Assembly (NCBI GenBank): GCA_944349765.1
Contig: CALVNN010000002.1
Location: 6,039-70,038 of the forward strand
Reading direction: 5' to 3'
Source of the DNA: an uncultured Clostridia bacterium
GTDB lineage: Bacteria; Bacillota; Clostridia; Christensenellales; UBA1242
DNA: 64,000 nucleotides
Shown here: positions 38,770 to 48,187 of the stretch, in pieces
Numbering within the stretch: the stretch's first letter is position 1
Layout: each line of letters opens with the position of its first letter
The notes under the pieces: model-generated
The model's input: the letters and a program-made list of their open reading frames with translations, nothing else
What the model was told of the DNA's origin: nothing
The model's database searches: none
Made by a program: the position numbers and the translations under genes

Positions 38770-39190
38770 CCTGCACTATTTTACTCAGCACGCCGTGGAC
38801 AAATTTGTAGCCTTTTTCATCTCCATATGTTTTAGTAAGCTCCACCGCTTCGTTAATGACTATCTTTAAGTTTGTATCGGTAAAATATTTAAGTTCGCAA
38901 ACTGACATCATAAGTATTGCCAATTCAGGTTTATATACTCTATCAAGTGTATACCCAGTGATGTTATCACGTAAAACAGATAAAATCTCACCGCTATGTG
39001 TTAAAGTCGCCTCAGCTAAACTGATACCATATTCACAATCTAGCTTAGTTAGATTATTCTCTTCCAAATAATCCTCTATATTAAAACAATCCTCCATTCT
39101 GACCGCAGACTGCTCAAGCTTATCTAGCCCAGCAAAGAGACTTGAAAACACTATTTTAAAACATAAATCTCTTGACTTTTTTCTACTCAT
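38753..39190 (-). CDS. nusB: Transcription antitermination factor NusB
   Basis: 145 aa, starting MSRKKSRDLCFKIVF and ending ...KFVHGVLSKI. Confidence 0.85.
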   Translation of the reverse strand: MSRKKSRDLCFKIVFSSLFAGLDKLEQSAVRMEDCFNIEDYLEENNLTKLDCEYGISLAEATLTHSGEILSVLRDNITGYTLDRVYKPELAILMMSVCELKYFTDTNLKIVINEAVELTKTYGDEKGYKFVHGVLSKIVQGGKDE

Positions 39191-39212
39191 TTCAACTCCT
39201 TCCTATAAGCAC

Positions 39213-39243
39213 AAAAAAGCTTTTTGTGACAAAAAGCTTTTTA
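39213..39243. terminator. Symmetric (bidirectional-type) hairpin terminator after the Asp23-family gene
   Basis: AGCTTTTT-GTGAC-AAAAAGCT flanked by an A-run and a T-run. It overlaps the TAA stop at 39241-39243. Confidence 0.5.
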
Positions 39244-39615
39244 TATTTGAGATTCCTCTGATTCAAAGACAACACCAACAACATGAACGTTTATTCTCTC
39301 TATGGATAAATTAACCATAGTGCCTATACTGTTTTTGATGTTTTGCTGTATTTTATAAGTTATTTCAGGTACATTATAGTTTGGATAAACATTGATATAA
39401 ACATCTACAATTATTTTGTTATCAGATACAAACTTTATCTTAGCCCCATTATAGTAGTTAGAGGAAAACTTATCTTTTAATTTACTTGCAAACCTATTAT
39501 CCATACTAGCAACGCCAGTAATTTCCTTTGTAGCAAGCGAAATTATAGATAAAATGTTGCTTTTGTTGCAATATACTAGTCCATCGTTAGAATTTCTGTC
39601 AGTTTGAGTAGCCAT
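39241..39615 (-). CDS. Asp23/Gls24 family envelope stress protein (YqhY-like)
   Basis: 124 aa. The pattern ISIISLATKEITGVASM ... VDVYINV.YN.NVPE....IQ..IK matches the Asp23 family. It also occupies the yqhY position between spoIIIA and nusB. Confidence 0.8.
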   Translation of the reverse strand: MATQTDRNSNDGLVYCNKSNILSIISLATKEITGVASMDNRFASKLKDKFSSNYYNGAKIKFVSDNKIIVDVYINVYPNYNVPEITYKIQQNIKNSIGTMVNLSIERINVHVVGVVFESEESQI

Positions 39616-39644
39616 ACAAAATCCTTTTTTATTATTTTTTAATT

Positions 39645-39673
39645 AGTATAACACACTAACTTAAATAATTCAA
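39645..39673 (-). promoter_or_regulatory. Sigma-A type promoter for asp23-nusB-xseAB: TTGAAT-N17-TATACT with TGT extended -10
   Basis: TTGAAT (39673-39668), a 17-nt spacer ending in TGT, then TATACT (39650-39645). Confidence 0.5.
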
Positions 39674-39695
39674 TAATTTTCTATGGTTTTTAATA

Positions 39696-40172
39696 TTATT
39701 CTACTGGGATAATTTTGATATTATCTATTGACTTACCAGTTTGCTCTTGTATAATACTAACTATTTGTCTTACCTCACCAGCAGTCAGTTCTGGACTTTT
39801 TACTATTACATTTACATTGCTTGTAGTATTAGTCACTACCACATCCTCAAATCCTTTTGCCTTTATAAGCCCTTCAATGACAAGCTCAAGCTCCATTGTT
39901 TGTACCAAAGCAACTTTTTTACTTTCTGCAGTTTCCTTAGCTTCCTCAGTACTTGTTTCACTATTTATAATGGCATCAAGGTAAAGTATCTCTTGATTTC
40001 GTGTATTTATTCTATCCGTCCTATATGTAGAGAAAAAGCTTGCTTGAGTGGTGTTATTATTATTTGAGACATCCTCCACACTATTGTTAAGGGCTATATT
40101 CAAATAACCACTGACTACGAGTAAAACTGCCATAACTGATAAAATTATTATTTTTTTCTTTTTAGATAACAT
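39696..40172 (-). CDS. spoIIIAH: Stage III sporulation protein AH
   Basis: 158 aa with an N-terminal TM segment and a C-terminal YscJ/FliF-like domain. Last gene of an eight-gene spoIIIA array. Confidence 0.8.
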   Translation of the reverse strand: MLSKKKKIIILSVMAVLLVVSGYLNIALNNSVEDVSNNNNTTQASFFSTYRTDRINTRNQEILYLDAIINSETSTEEAKETAESKKVALVQTMELELVIEGLIKAKGFEDVVVTNTTSNVNVIVKSPELTAGEVRQIVSIIQEQTGKSIDNIKIIPVE

Positions 40173-40195
40173 ATTTTTAACTCCTTCAATAAATT

Positions 40196-40738
40196 TTAAT
40201 TACCAACAAAAACTTCAACGTTACTTGACTCTACCTCTAACAAAGCTTGTACAGCTTTTAGTAATTCAAGGCGAACTTGTATATTACTAGCTCCTTGTGC
40301 TACCACAATTACCCCTTTTATCTTAGGTGCTTTTTCAATCAAGACTACAGGCTCATCTCCAATAATTATAGGCTTTTCAACTATTGTAGTAGATTGATTC
40401 GAATTGCTTGTACCGCTACTTGTATTTGTCTTTTCCTCAGTCGATGTGGCAATCACTATTTCCGACCCACTTTCAACCGTAATCATTACGCTTACCTTAC
40501 CCGCTCCTTTAACATTAGAAAGTACCTCTCCTAGCCTAGCCTCCAAAGAAGCGACATATTCATTCGTTGAAGATTTCGCCTCGCTCTCTTCATTATTAAA
40601 CAAACTACTAGCAGATGTATAAATAAGTAAAGCTACTATGATTAATACAATAACGACCAGCCATTCAGATTTTTTGCCCTTTTTTAATTGCTTCAACATA
40701 TCAGTTAATTTATTTTTAATCGTTTTTTTATCACTCAT
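40196..40738 (-). CDS. spoIIIAG: Stage III sporulation protein AG
   Basis: 180 aa with an N-terminal TM segment and a C-terminal ring-building-like region (KIKGVIVVAQGA). Position seven of the operon. Confidence 0.8.
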   Translation of the reverse strand: MSDKKTIKNKLTDMLKQLKKGKKSEWLVVIVLIIVALLIYTSASSLFNNEESEAKSSTNEYVASLEARLGEVLSNVKGAGKVSVMITVESGSEIVIATSTEEKTNTSSGTSNSNQSTTIVEKPIIIGDEPVVLIEKAPKIKGVIVVAQGASNIQVRLELLKAVQALLEVESSNVEVFVGN

Positions 40739-41219
40739 AAAAAACTACATCCTCCCTAGACACTTTAATGTAGGCATTCACAATATCTACTAGAGTTTGA
40801 TATTTATCTATATGCGAAACACTTTCATCTATGACCAAATTTTCCAAAAAAATGTTTACCTTTTGAATATTAAATTCCAAATTGCTCATATCCGACATAA
40901 TCTGCACATCAATCCCCTTCAAACCGACTTCTTCAGCTGTTTTAATAATACTTTCAGCCAATTTATCAATACGCATAGAATTTATATTATATATATAATC
41001 TTCATCAATAGAAATGCTTGGATTCTCTAAAAAGTCATCAAAGTTAGTATCAGAATCCTTTAGTTTTGCAAGCGGTGAAATAATTATTAAAATGATAATG
41101 AAAGCAAATATTGATTTGACGTATTTATTTGTTTTACCGTCGGGTAATACAATATCAACAAGCACACTCAAAAATACGACACCTAAAATACTTAACAACC
41201 ATCCATAAAACGCAGTCAT
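40731..41219 (-). CDS. spoIIIAF: Stage III sporulation protein AF
   Basis: 162 aa with two N-terminal TM segments (WLLSILGVVFLSVLVDIVLP). Position six of the operon. Confidence 0.8.
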   Translation of the reverse strand: MTAFYGWLLSILGVVFLSVLVDIVLPDGKTNKYVKSIFAFIIILIIISPLAKLKDSDTNFDDFLENPSISIDEDYIYNINSMRIDKLAESIIKTAEEVGLKGIDVQIMSDMSNLEFNIQKVNIFLENLVIDESVSHIDKYQTLVDIVNAYIKVSREDVVFYE

Positions 41220-41228
41220 AATCTCTCC

Positions 41229-42407
41229 TTAAAATACATTACAGGTACACATTATTAATGCGACAGTTAAAAAGTACATAAAAGCCACACCTAATATACA
41301 AGCAACTAACATAGTTAATGCCTTGCTTACACTATGTAAAAAAGATGAAATACGACTATCAGCTATAGGTTCCAAAACTGCCGAAATCAATTTGAAGCCA
41401 AATATTAGTACAACAATCTTCACAATAGGTGCTAAAATCGTTAACATCATAAGTAGTAAGCCTGTAGCGCCTATAGCGTTCTTTATAAGTACGCTACTGC
41501 TAAGTATCAAATCAAATCCATCCGATAGATACCCACCCATTATAGGTATATAGCTTTTGACTGTATACTTAGCCATACGTATACTAACACCATCATAAGT
41601 ACTAGCGACGATACCTTGGATAGAAAGAAATGCAAAGAATACAGTAAAGACAACACCGATAATCCATTTAAATGCACTAGAAAAGAAAGAAGTGAACTTT
41701 TCTAGTTTTATAGTACTACTAATATTTTGGACTATTGTAAAGACAAAAGTTAATGTAAATAATGGAACAATTACCCCATTAAAGATTTGCATAATACCAT
41801 TACTTAATAAGACAATAGCTGGCTGGAAGACTCCCACACTGACTGTACCACCTAAAGCTGTCATAAGAGTCAGCAGTATAGGAAATATGACTTCCATTTG
41901 GGTCTTCATACTATTCAAAACGTCTGTAGTTAGACCTATAACTTCAATGACGCATGTTGAAGTTATAACTATCACTACACCAAAACAAACAAAATGAACA
42001 ACATCACTAACAGATTTTGAACCAAAACTAGATTTTAAGCCCGATATAAAGCTACCTAGTATCACTATAGCCACAATAGTACATAGCAAAGGAATAAAAG
42101 ATAAGACATCATCAAGTATTAATGAAAAAACTGCACTTAATATATCATTATAGCCATCTTTAAACTCACCATTTAGGATAGACCTCAGCTTGTCCATAAA
42201 GGAGCTAGAACCGAAAATACTACCCTCACCAGCATTAAAGTTGCTTAATATTTTGTCTAATTCCGAAAAGTCAAAATCAGATATTTGATTTTCTATATTT
42301 TCAGTTAACTGCTCACCAATATCTTCACTCTCGTCTGCATAAGCAGTTAGCAATCCATTAGGAATTAGACACAATATAAGAAGCACTAAAAATATTATCT
42401 TTCTCAT
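41229..42407 (-). CDS. spoIIIAE: Stage III sporulation protein AE
   Basis: 392 aa with a signal peptide plus a polytopic permease-like body. Position five of the operon. Confidence 0.85.
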   Translation of the reverse strand: MRKIIFLVLLILCLIPNGLLTAYADESEDIGEQLTENIENQISDFDFSELDKILSNFNAGEGSIFGSSSFMDKLRSILNGEFKDGYNDILSAVFSLILDDVLSFIPLLCTIVAIVILGSFISGLKSSFGSKSVSDVVHFVCFGVVIVITSTCVIEVIGLTTDVLNSMKTQMEVIFPILLTLMTALGGTVSVGVFQPAIVLLSNGIMQIFNGVIVPLFTLTFVFTIVQNISSTIKLEKFTSFFSSAFKWIIGVVFTVFFAFLSIQGIVASTYDGVSIRMAKYTVKSYIPIMGGYLSDGFDLILSSSVLIKNAIGATGLLLMMLTILAPIVKIVVLIFGFKLISAVLEPIADSRISSFLHSVSKALTMLVACILGVAFMYFLTVALIMCTCNVF

Positions 42408-42793
42408 ACCATCAACCCATACACAATCTCAAGAAGATTATTAATGATAGGCAGTGCCATCAACATTATCACGACTTTACCAGCAAGCATAATCTTATCT
42501 GCCATACTATTGACTCCAGCATCTAGGCACAAATTAGCCGAAAATTCAGTTAAATAACCGATACCAATAATCTTGAGTACCACTACAAAAAGTTCTTTAT
42601 CAACACCCGTCCTTTCAACAATCCCATCAAAAATATTAAAAACGCTACCAAGCATATTGACAATTATAATGACGATAATAATAGACCCAGCCAAGCCCAC
42701 AACCACCGCTAGCTCCGGTTTAAGTTGTTTTATTATAAGCACTGCAACAGTAGTTATAATAGCAATGCCAATTATCTTGACCAAAATTTCCAT
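42404..42793 (-). CDS. spoIIIAD: Stage III sporulation protein AD
   Basis: 129-aa four-TM protein. Position four of the operon. Confidence 0.85.
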   Translation of the reverse strand: MEILVKIIGIAIITTVAVLIIKQLKPELAVVVGLAGSIIIVIIIVNMLGSVFNIFDGIVERTGVDKELFVVVLKIIGIGYLTEFSANLCLDAGVNSMADKIMLAGKVVIMLMALPIINNLLEIVYGLMV

Positions 42794-42802
42794 AATAGCT
42801 AC

Positions 42803-43000
42803 CTAATAGAGATTAAATAAAGAACTTACACTGCTAAATAATTCACTCACCAAATCTAAAACCATCAATAGTACAATTGCTACACCAGCCAGAGTAGTAA
42901 AAGTAGTTAATTCTTCTTTGCCAGTGTATTTAAGTACTTGATTAACTACAGCTATCAATATACCTATACCTGCTATTTTTAATATTATTTCTATTCCCAT
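42803..43000 (-). CDS. spoIIIAC: Stage III sporulation protein AC
   Basis: About 65 aa with two TM segments. I prefer the ATG at 43000 (MGIEIILKIAGIG...) with a TGGAGG RBS over the ORF-track start at 43033. Confidence 0.85.
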   Translation of the reverse strand: MGIEIILKIAGIGILIAVVNQVLKYTGKEELTTFTTLAGVAIVLLMVLDLVSELFSSVSSLFNLY

Positions 43001-43053
43001 ATTGCCTCCATATTGTGTATTTTTATCAGTCAACTACACTAGATAAGCCACCA

Positions 43054-43548
43054 TTAAATTATGACAATTATCAATAGTAACCCTAACGCAATAGATAATT
43101 TTACGCCAACAGCACCATATTTTTTTTGATTTTCTTGAGCATCTATAAGTAATGAATTAGCCTCTTTCAAAGCATTATGTATATTTGCCACTTCCCCATC
43201 ACTATTAAATCGACCAATAGACATAAATACTCGACTAATTATGCTTTTTTCATTTTCTTTCAATATGGCTAGTTTGGCTTCAAAGGGTACTTCAGCATTT
43301 AAATTTGTAAGGTAAATCAAATAATCGTCAAGCAACTTCATAAAATTTTCATCAATGTTTTGCTTTTTATATTCCTCTACTAACTGTTTAATTTTTGATT
43401 TTTGAAAGGATACTTGAATTTTTAAATACTCTAAAAAATTAGAGAATTCTTGAAAAAATTTTTTTCTATTCGTAAAATATGAATTGATACTTACACCAAT
43501 GAATACCGCTAGTACAAAAATCACCACTAGTAGAAGAACTTTAACCAT
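43054..43548 (-). CDS. spoIIIAB: Stage III sporulation protein AB
   Basis: 164 aa with N- and C-terminal TM segments flanking a helical GspF-like cytoplasmic domain. Position two of the operon. Confidence 0.8.
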   Translation of the reverse strand: MVKVLLLVVIFVLAVFIGVSINSYFTNRKKFFQEFSNFLEYLKIQVSFQKSKIKQLVEEYKKQNIDENFMKLLDDYLIYLTNLNAEVPFEAKLAILKENEKSIISRVFMSIGRFNSDGEVANIHNALKEANSLLIDAQENQKKYGAVGVKLSIALGLLLIIVII

Positions 43549-43551
43549 ACT

Positions 43552-44475
43552 TTACTCCCTATATATCAAATTTAGATTTTCATCATACACACCCTCAATA
43601 GTTCCAAGTCCATTCCGTGTAGACAAAACAATGTACCGCTTAAATAGCTTGTCTTTTATAACTTTATCGAAGTTCGGCTTAGTTTTAAGAGTTGATATGT
43701 TTTTACTATGCACCGTAGCTACTACACTCACCCCACAAGCAATCGCATACTCAACTGAATGGATGTCATCAACTGTCGCTAGCTCGTCGGTAAATATGAC
43801 ATTTGGACTCATCGACCTAACGCCAACTTCAAATCCATATTTCTTTTTCACGCCACTCATAACATCAACAAATTGCCCTATGTTAAACTGGCATTCTCCA
43901 TCACTCATACCAGCGATTTCATATCGTTCATCCAAAATCAAAGAATTCAAAGCAAAATTATTTTCGGATATTTGAAAGATCAAATCTCGTAAAAAAGTTG
44001 TCTTACCTACACCTGGAGGTGATATTATCAAAGTATTTAAAAAAGTATCTTCAATTAGATAATTAAAAGCAGGTTTACTGCAATCTTTTATAAAATGTGG
44101 GATACGAATATTTAAAGAACTAATATTTCGAATAGTTACCACTTTTTCAACTAAATCATCATATACCACCTCCCCAACTATACCTATCCTATAACCACCT
44201 TTTATAGTAATAAAGCCTTCTTTTAATTGGTTATTGACAGAATAGACAGATGCTTCAGTCGCCGAATATAGTATATTTTTTATAGTTTCGTAATCCACAA
44301 ATATAGCATCTTTTAATTTACTACATAGTCCATATTCAGCCAAATAATAAAGCTTACCTTTTACATTTACTGCCACAGGTTTATTGACTCTTAAGCGAAT
44401 CTCGCTCACACCACTAAGAGATACTTTATTTTCAAACGCTTGTTTTAATTTGGCTGGTAAAATCTCTAACAACAT
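43552..44475 (-). CDS. spoIIIAA: Stage III sporulation protein AA (secretion-type AAA ATPase)
   Basis: 307 aa with Walker A SPPGVGKTT and Walker B VIFTDEL. First gene of the operon. Confidence 0.9.
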   Translation of the reverse strand: MLLEILPAKLKQAFENKVSLSGVSEIRLRVNKPVAVNVKGKLYYLAEYGLCSKLKDAIFVDYETIKNILYSATEASVYSVNNQLKEGFITIKGGYRIGIVGEVVYDDLVEKVVTIRNISSLNIRIPHFIKDCSKPAFNYLIEDTFLNTLIISPPGVGKTTFLRDLIFQISENNFALNSLILDERYEIAGMSDGECQFNIGQFVDVMSGVKKKYGFEVGVRSMSPNVIFTDELATVDDIHSVEYAIACGVSVVATVHSKNISTLKTKPNFDKVIKDKLFKRYIVLSTRNGLGTIEGVYDENLNLIYRE

Positions 44476-44533
44476 ACAAATCTCCTTTTATACTTTTAAT
44501 ATGTTAAGAGTTTTTGTGCTTAGAATAAAACGC

Positions 44534-44568
44534 AAAAAAAAAGCACGATTAACTCTAATAATCGTACT
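44534..44568 (-). terminator. Intrinsic terminator after efp
   Basis: Minus strand reads GTACGATTA-TTAGAGT-TAATCGTGC followed by T9. Confidence 0.6.
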
Positions 44569-44589
44569 TTTAAGACAAATTATAATAAA

Positions 44590-45147
44590 TTATACACGCT
44601 CCATATAAGAGCCATCTCTTGTATCAATACGCACTTTATCGCCTTGATTTACAAATAAAGGTACTTGAACTACATAACCAGTCTCAAGCTTAGCTTGTTT
44701 CATAGCAGTCTTAGATGTATCACCAGCGACAGCAGGCTCACACTCTACCACTTCTAGTTCAACAAAATTTGGTGGTTCTACAGAGAATGCCTTACCCTTA
44801 TAAAATTGAATAAGAGCTACCATATTCTCAGTAATAAAGTTTAAAGCATCTTCACATTCTTCCTTATTTAAGCAAATTTGCTCAAATGTTTCAGTATCCA
44901 TAAAGTAGTATAGACCACCTTCATTATACAAATATTGCATATCTTTTCTCTCAATACGAGCAATAGGATACTTATCAGATGGATTAAACGTACGATCTAT
45001 TGTCTGACCAGTCACAACGTTCTTTAGCTTAGTTCTAACAAAAGCTGCACCCTTACCTGGTTTTACATGTTGAAACTGAACGACAGTATACACGTTTCCA
45101 TCCATTTCAAATGTAACGCCTTTTCTAAAATCTCCAGCTACTATCAT
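44590..45147 (-). CDS. efp: Elongation factor P
   Basis: 185 aa containing [22 protein letters not shown], the conserved loop with the modified Lys. Confidence 0.95.
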   Translation of the reverse strand: MIVAGDFRKGVTFEMDGNVYTVVQFQHVKPGKGAAFVRTKLKNVVTGQTIDRTFNPSDKYPIARIERKDMQYLYNEGGLYYFMDTETFEQICLNKEECEDALNFITENMVALIQFYKGKAFSVEPPNFVELEVVECEPAVAGDTSKTAMKQAKLETGYVVQVPLFVNQGDKVRIDTRDGSYMERV

Positions 45148-45175
45148 ATATTCCTCCGTTAATTGTTTATGTTTT

Positions 45176-45184
45176 ATTATAGCA
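45176..45184 (-). promoter_or_regulatory. Extended -10 element (TGCTATAAT) upstream of efp
   Basis: Minus strand reads TGC TATAAT. The -35 (TTTCAA, 17 nt upstream) is weak. Confidence 0.4.
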
Positions 45185-45193
45185 TATTATCAG

Positions 45194-46048
45194 TTATTTT
45201 GAAAGCACTTTTTGATATATTTCTTTCATTTTTAAAGCATCTTGCGCCATAATTCCGTGTGATTCACATATAATTACGGGCTCAAGCCCATATTCTTTGA
45301 TGACTTCAGCTAGTGGCTCAAATTCTGGGCCATATTTAGTATCTTCAAAGGTTAAATGCTTAACTTCTCCTTTTTCTGAATACATAATTTTACTAAAATG
45401 AATATGAACTTTTTTAGTTCTTTCTAACCCTATTTTATCTATACAATAATCTATAATCTTCTTAAAATCTTCCTTAGTCTTAAGACTTCCACCGCCATAA
45501 GCATTTATATGTCCAAAATCAAATGTCGGTAAAAAGACATCATCTATAGTACAAAAATCTATAACTTCTTGATATGTACCTATTTGACTATGTTTTCCCA
45601 TTGTCTCAAGGCAGATGTAGCAATCTCCAAATCCACTTTGTTTTACTAACTCTGCTAAAATTTTTAGACGTTTCTTTGTAAGTTCTACCGCCTCGTCACG
45701 CTCTAATTTGCCACATGCCCCAGGATGCACTACTATTCTATTACCACCCATATTTTTCACTAGATTAAGCGAACTTACAACATATATATAAGACTTATTC
45801 ACCATCTCTTCGTCAGGATTTGCAAAATTTATATAGTATGGAGCATGCACACTTATGGCTACATCGTATTTTTGAAATTCTTTAGCAACTATTTTGGCTT
45901 TTTCTATAGACATATTTACTCCACGTCCACAGCTGTATTCATAAGCATCCAAGCCAAATTCTTTTACCCATTTAGCCACATTTTCAGTGCCAGACAATCC
46001 TTGCTCATAATAAAGTTCATCATTGCCTGAAGGTCCAAACCTAATCAT
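45194..46048 (-). CDS. Xylose-isomerase-like TIM-barrel protein, endonuclease IV (AP endonuclease family 2)-like
   Basis: 284 aa. VHAPYYINFANPD resembles the Nfo HAxYLINLAxP motif. Further His/Asp/Glu ligand positions are present (VVHPG, FDFGH, ICESH). Confidence 0.5.
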   Translation of the reverse strand: MIRFGPSGNDELYYEQGLSGTENVAKWVKEFGLDAYEYSCGRGVNMSIEKAKIVAKEFQKYDVAISVHAPYYINFANPDEEMVNKSYIYVVSSLNLVKNMGGNRIVVHPGACGKLERDEAVELTKKRLKILAELVKQSGFGDCYICLETMGKHSQIGTYQEVIDFCTIDDVFLPTFDFGHINAYGGGSLKTKEDFKKIIDYCIDKIGLERTKKVHIHFSKIMYSEKGEVKHLTFEDTKYGPEFEPLAEVIKEYGLEPVIICESHGIMAQDALKMKEIYQKVLSK

Positions 46049-46898
46049 CTAATTTAATCTCCATTTTTAATCTATTTTTATTAACTACTCCTATACCTAA
46101 TAAAGTATCGTTGTGCATTACTTTATATTTTCCGTCTGGTTTGCTTATAATTGATGTCATACCATTTGAAAAAAATTTCACGTCGCTTTCCTTTAAATCT
46201 ATACTAGGTAAATCAATAACTTTGTCTAATGGCAAAACGAATTTGCTTAAATCATCATTTTTCAACAATTCATTGTAAGTCACAGAATCTTTTATATCAA
46301 AAATCCCCGACTTAATTCTAATTAGTACTGGCATATAGGCAAAGGTTTTTAATTTATATGCCAAATCCCTACACAAGCTACGAATGTACGTACCACTCCC
46401 ACACACTATTTCAAATAGATAGTCTTTATCATTTAATTGCCTAAGGCACCTAAAATCAAGCACTTCAACTACTTTTGTCTTAAGCTCAAAGTCAATATTT
46501 TTTCTCGCTAAGTCATACGCCCTAACACCATTTATCATATTAGCACTATACTTAGGTGGTATTTGTTCTATCGTACCTATAAAGCACTTTAAAGCACCTG
46601 TTATATCTTCTAAAGTCGGAATATTTCCATCAGTTTTGATAATATCTCCTTCACTATCAAGCGTACTAGTCTCTGTACCAAACCTAAAAACAGCTCTATA
46701 AACCTTAATTTTATCTTGCATAAAATCAAACAGTTTGGTTGCCTTACCTACTGCAATGGGCAGTACACCTGTAGCTTTTGGGTCTAAAGTACCATAGTGT
46801 CCTACTTTATATAGCTTGTTAAATTTATGTTTAATCATATTGACTACTTTTTGGGATGTGATATTATCAGCTTTGTTGACTATAATTACCCCATTCAT
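46041..46898 (-). CDS. truB: tRNA pseudouridine(55) synthase
   Basis: 285 aa with catalytic GTLDP and IPPKYSA, plus a PUA-less short C-terminus. Confidence 0.9.
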   Translation of the reverse strand: MNGVIIVNKADNITSQKVVNMIKHKFNKLYKVGHYGTLDPKATGVLPIAVGKATKLFDFMQDKIKVYRAVFRFGTETSTLDSEGDIIKTDGNIPTLEDITGALKCFIGTIEQIPPKYSANMINGVRAYDLARKNIDFELKTKVVEVLDFRCLRQLNDKDYLFEIVCGSGTYIRSLCRDLAYKLKTFAYMPVLIRIKSGIFDIKDSVTYNELLKNDDLSKFVLPLDKVIDLPSIDLKESDVKFFSNGMTSIISKPDGKYKVMHNDTLLGIGVVNKNRLKMEIKLDD

Positions 46899-47830
46899 AG
46901 CGAAATAACCGCCTTTTTAATTTTTTCAATGCATTTGTCTTTATTACCAAAGAGTCTACAACCTGATGCATTTTTATGTCCACCACCACCAAAGACATTT
47001 GCCAATTTGCTCACATCTATGCTACCCTTACCTCTAAAAGATACTTGATATTTATTTGGTAGATATTCGCATAGACATACAGCCACATCCACCTCATCAA
47101 TATTTATAGCATAATTAACTAATCCGAAGACATCAGTAGGTGTTGTGTTAGTTTGCTCAAAATCCTGCAATGTTATCACCATACTAGCAAAATTATTATC
47201 AATACTCAAAGACGACAATGCATATTTAAGCAACATTAATTGACCATAACTTCTTCGACGAAGCAGATAATAAGAGACTTTATCAATATCTACCTCATAA
47301 GAAACCAGTTCAGCAACTATTTGAAAAACCTTTGAAGTCAAATCACCATACGCCAAACCGCCCGTATCTCCTATTATACCAGCATATAACACAGTTGCTA
47401 TCTCTTTATCAAAGTCATAATTTATACTTTTTAGCATTTCATAAATAATGACGGTAGTACTTACCTCTTGCTTAACCAAATTGATTTTCGCAAAATTAGT
47501 ATTGGTGGAATGATGATCTATACACACAGTATTAGGATGTGCCATAAAATATTTACAGTAGCTCCCAATTCTCATAACATCTGAACAATCTACAGCAACT
47601 AGTAAATCATACTCATCTTGTAATACTCGCTCAAAGCACTTAACGCCTAGCACATCATAATTACTGTGTATTTCATCATCACAAAAAAAGTTTACACTTT
47701 TATTAAACCTTTTCAAATAAACGCCCAAAGCAATAGCACTCCCTAGGCAATCGGCATCGGGATTTATATGCACAAAAATTGCTATTTTATTGGCATCATT
47801 TAACGCATTAATAACCTGTGTAAACTCCAT
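46895..47830 (-). CDS. nrnA: DHH/DHHA1 phosphoesterase (NrnA-type oligoribonuclease / pAp phosphatase)
   Basis: 311 aa with HINPDADCLGS, DHH (CIDHHST) and GGGHKNASG. Confidence 0.8.
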   Translation of the reverse strand: MEFTQVINALNDANKIAIFVHINPDADCLGSAIALGVYLKRFNKSVNFFCDDEIHSNYDVLGVKCFERVLQDEYDLLVAVDCSDVMRIGSYCKYFMAHPNTVCIDHHSTNTNFAKINLVKQEVSTTVIIYEMLKSINYDFDKEIATVLYAGIIGDTGGLAYGDLTSKVFQIVAELVSYEVDIDKVSYYLLRRRSYGQLMLLKYALSSLSIDNNFASMVITLQDFEQTNTTPTDVFGLVNYAINIDEVDVAVCLCEYLPNKYQVSFRGKGSIDVSKLANVFGGGGHKNASGCRLFGNKDKCIEKIKKAVISL

Positions 47831-47833
47831 AAA

Positions 47834-48187
47834 TTATTCCTCATCAATTTTGATTTGAGATAATATATCTTCTATTTCTTTAGTGTACTCACTAGATTTG
47901 TCCATAATAAAATTTATTATTGGTGTATTTCTTAGTTGCACCCTTGAAGCAACTTCTTTTCTGACAAAACCCTCACAATCCTTCAAAGCTTTAAATGTCA
48001 GTTTTTGTTGATTCTCATCTGCTAAAATAGTTATATACACATCTGACTTGTACAAGTCGTTATCAGTTTCTACCTTTATCACACTTACCATACCTTTAAC
48101 TCTTGGATCTTTGATAGTGTAATTTATTATATTACTGATTTCTTGTTGAAGTTCTGCATTTATCCTCTCTAATCTTTGCTTAAGCAT
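47834..48187 (-). CDS. rbfA: Ribosome-binding factor A
   Basis: 117 aa with a KH-like fold, ITILAD... and a C-terminal acidic tail. Follows infB. Confidence 0.9.
   Translation of the reverse strand: MLKQRLERINAELQQEISNIINYTIKDPRVKGMVSVIKVETDNDLYKSDVYITILADENQQKLTFKALKDCEGFVRKEVASRVQLRNTPIINFIMDKSSEYTKEIEDILSQIKIDEE

Noticed and set aside
43484-43975. 163-aa plus-strand ORF antisense to spoIIIAA/spoIIIAB. The same reasoning covers the other plus-strand ORFs of 60-160 aa in the track, such as 6367-6846, 12226-12561, 30513-30866, 33254-33577, 33773-34120, 49001-49387 and 52130-52492.
   Set aside because: All lie fully inside well-supported minus-strand genes. They lack RBSs and have low-complexity shadow-frame compositions.
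44476-44533. Sigma-E type promoter for spoIIIAA (CATATTAA about 22 nt upstream of the ATG, ATTCTA further upstream)
   Set aside because: It matches the ATA-N16/17-CATACAnT consensus only weakly and the spacing is off, so I cannot support a call without TSS data.
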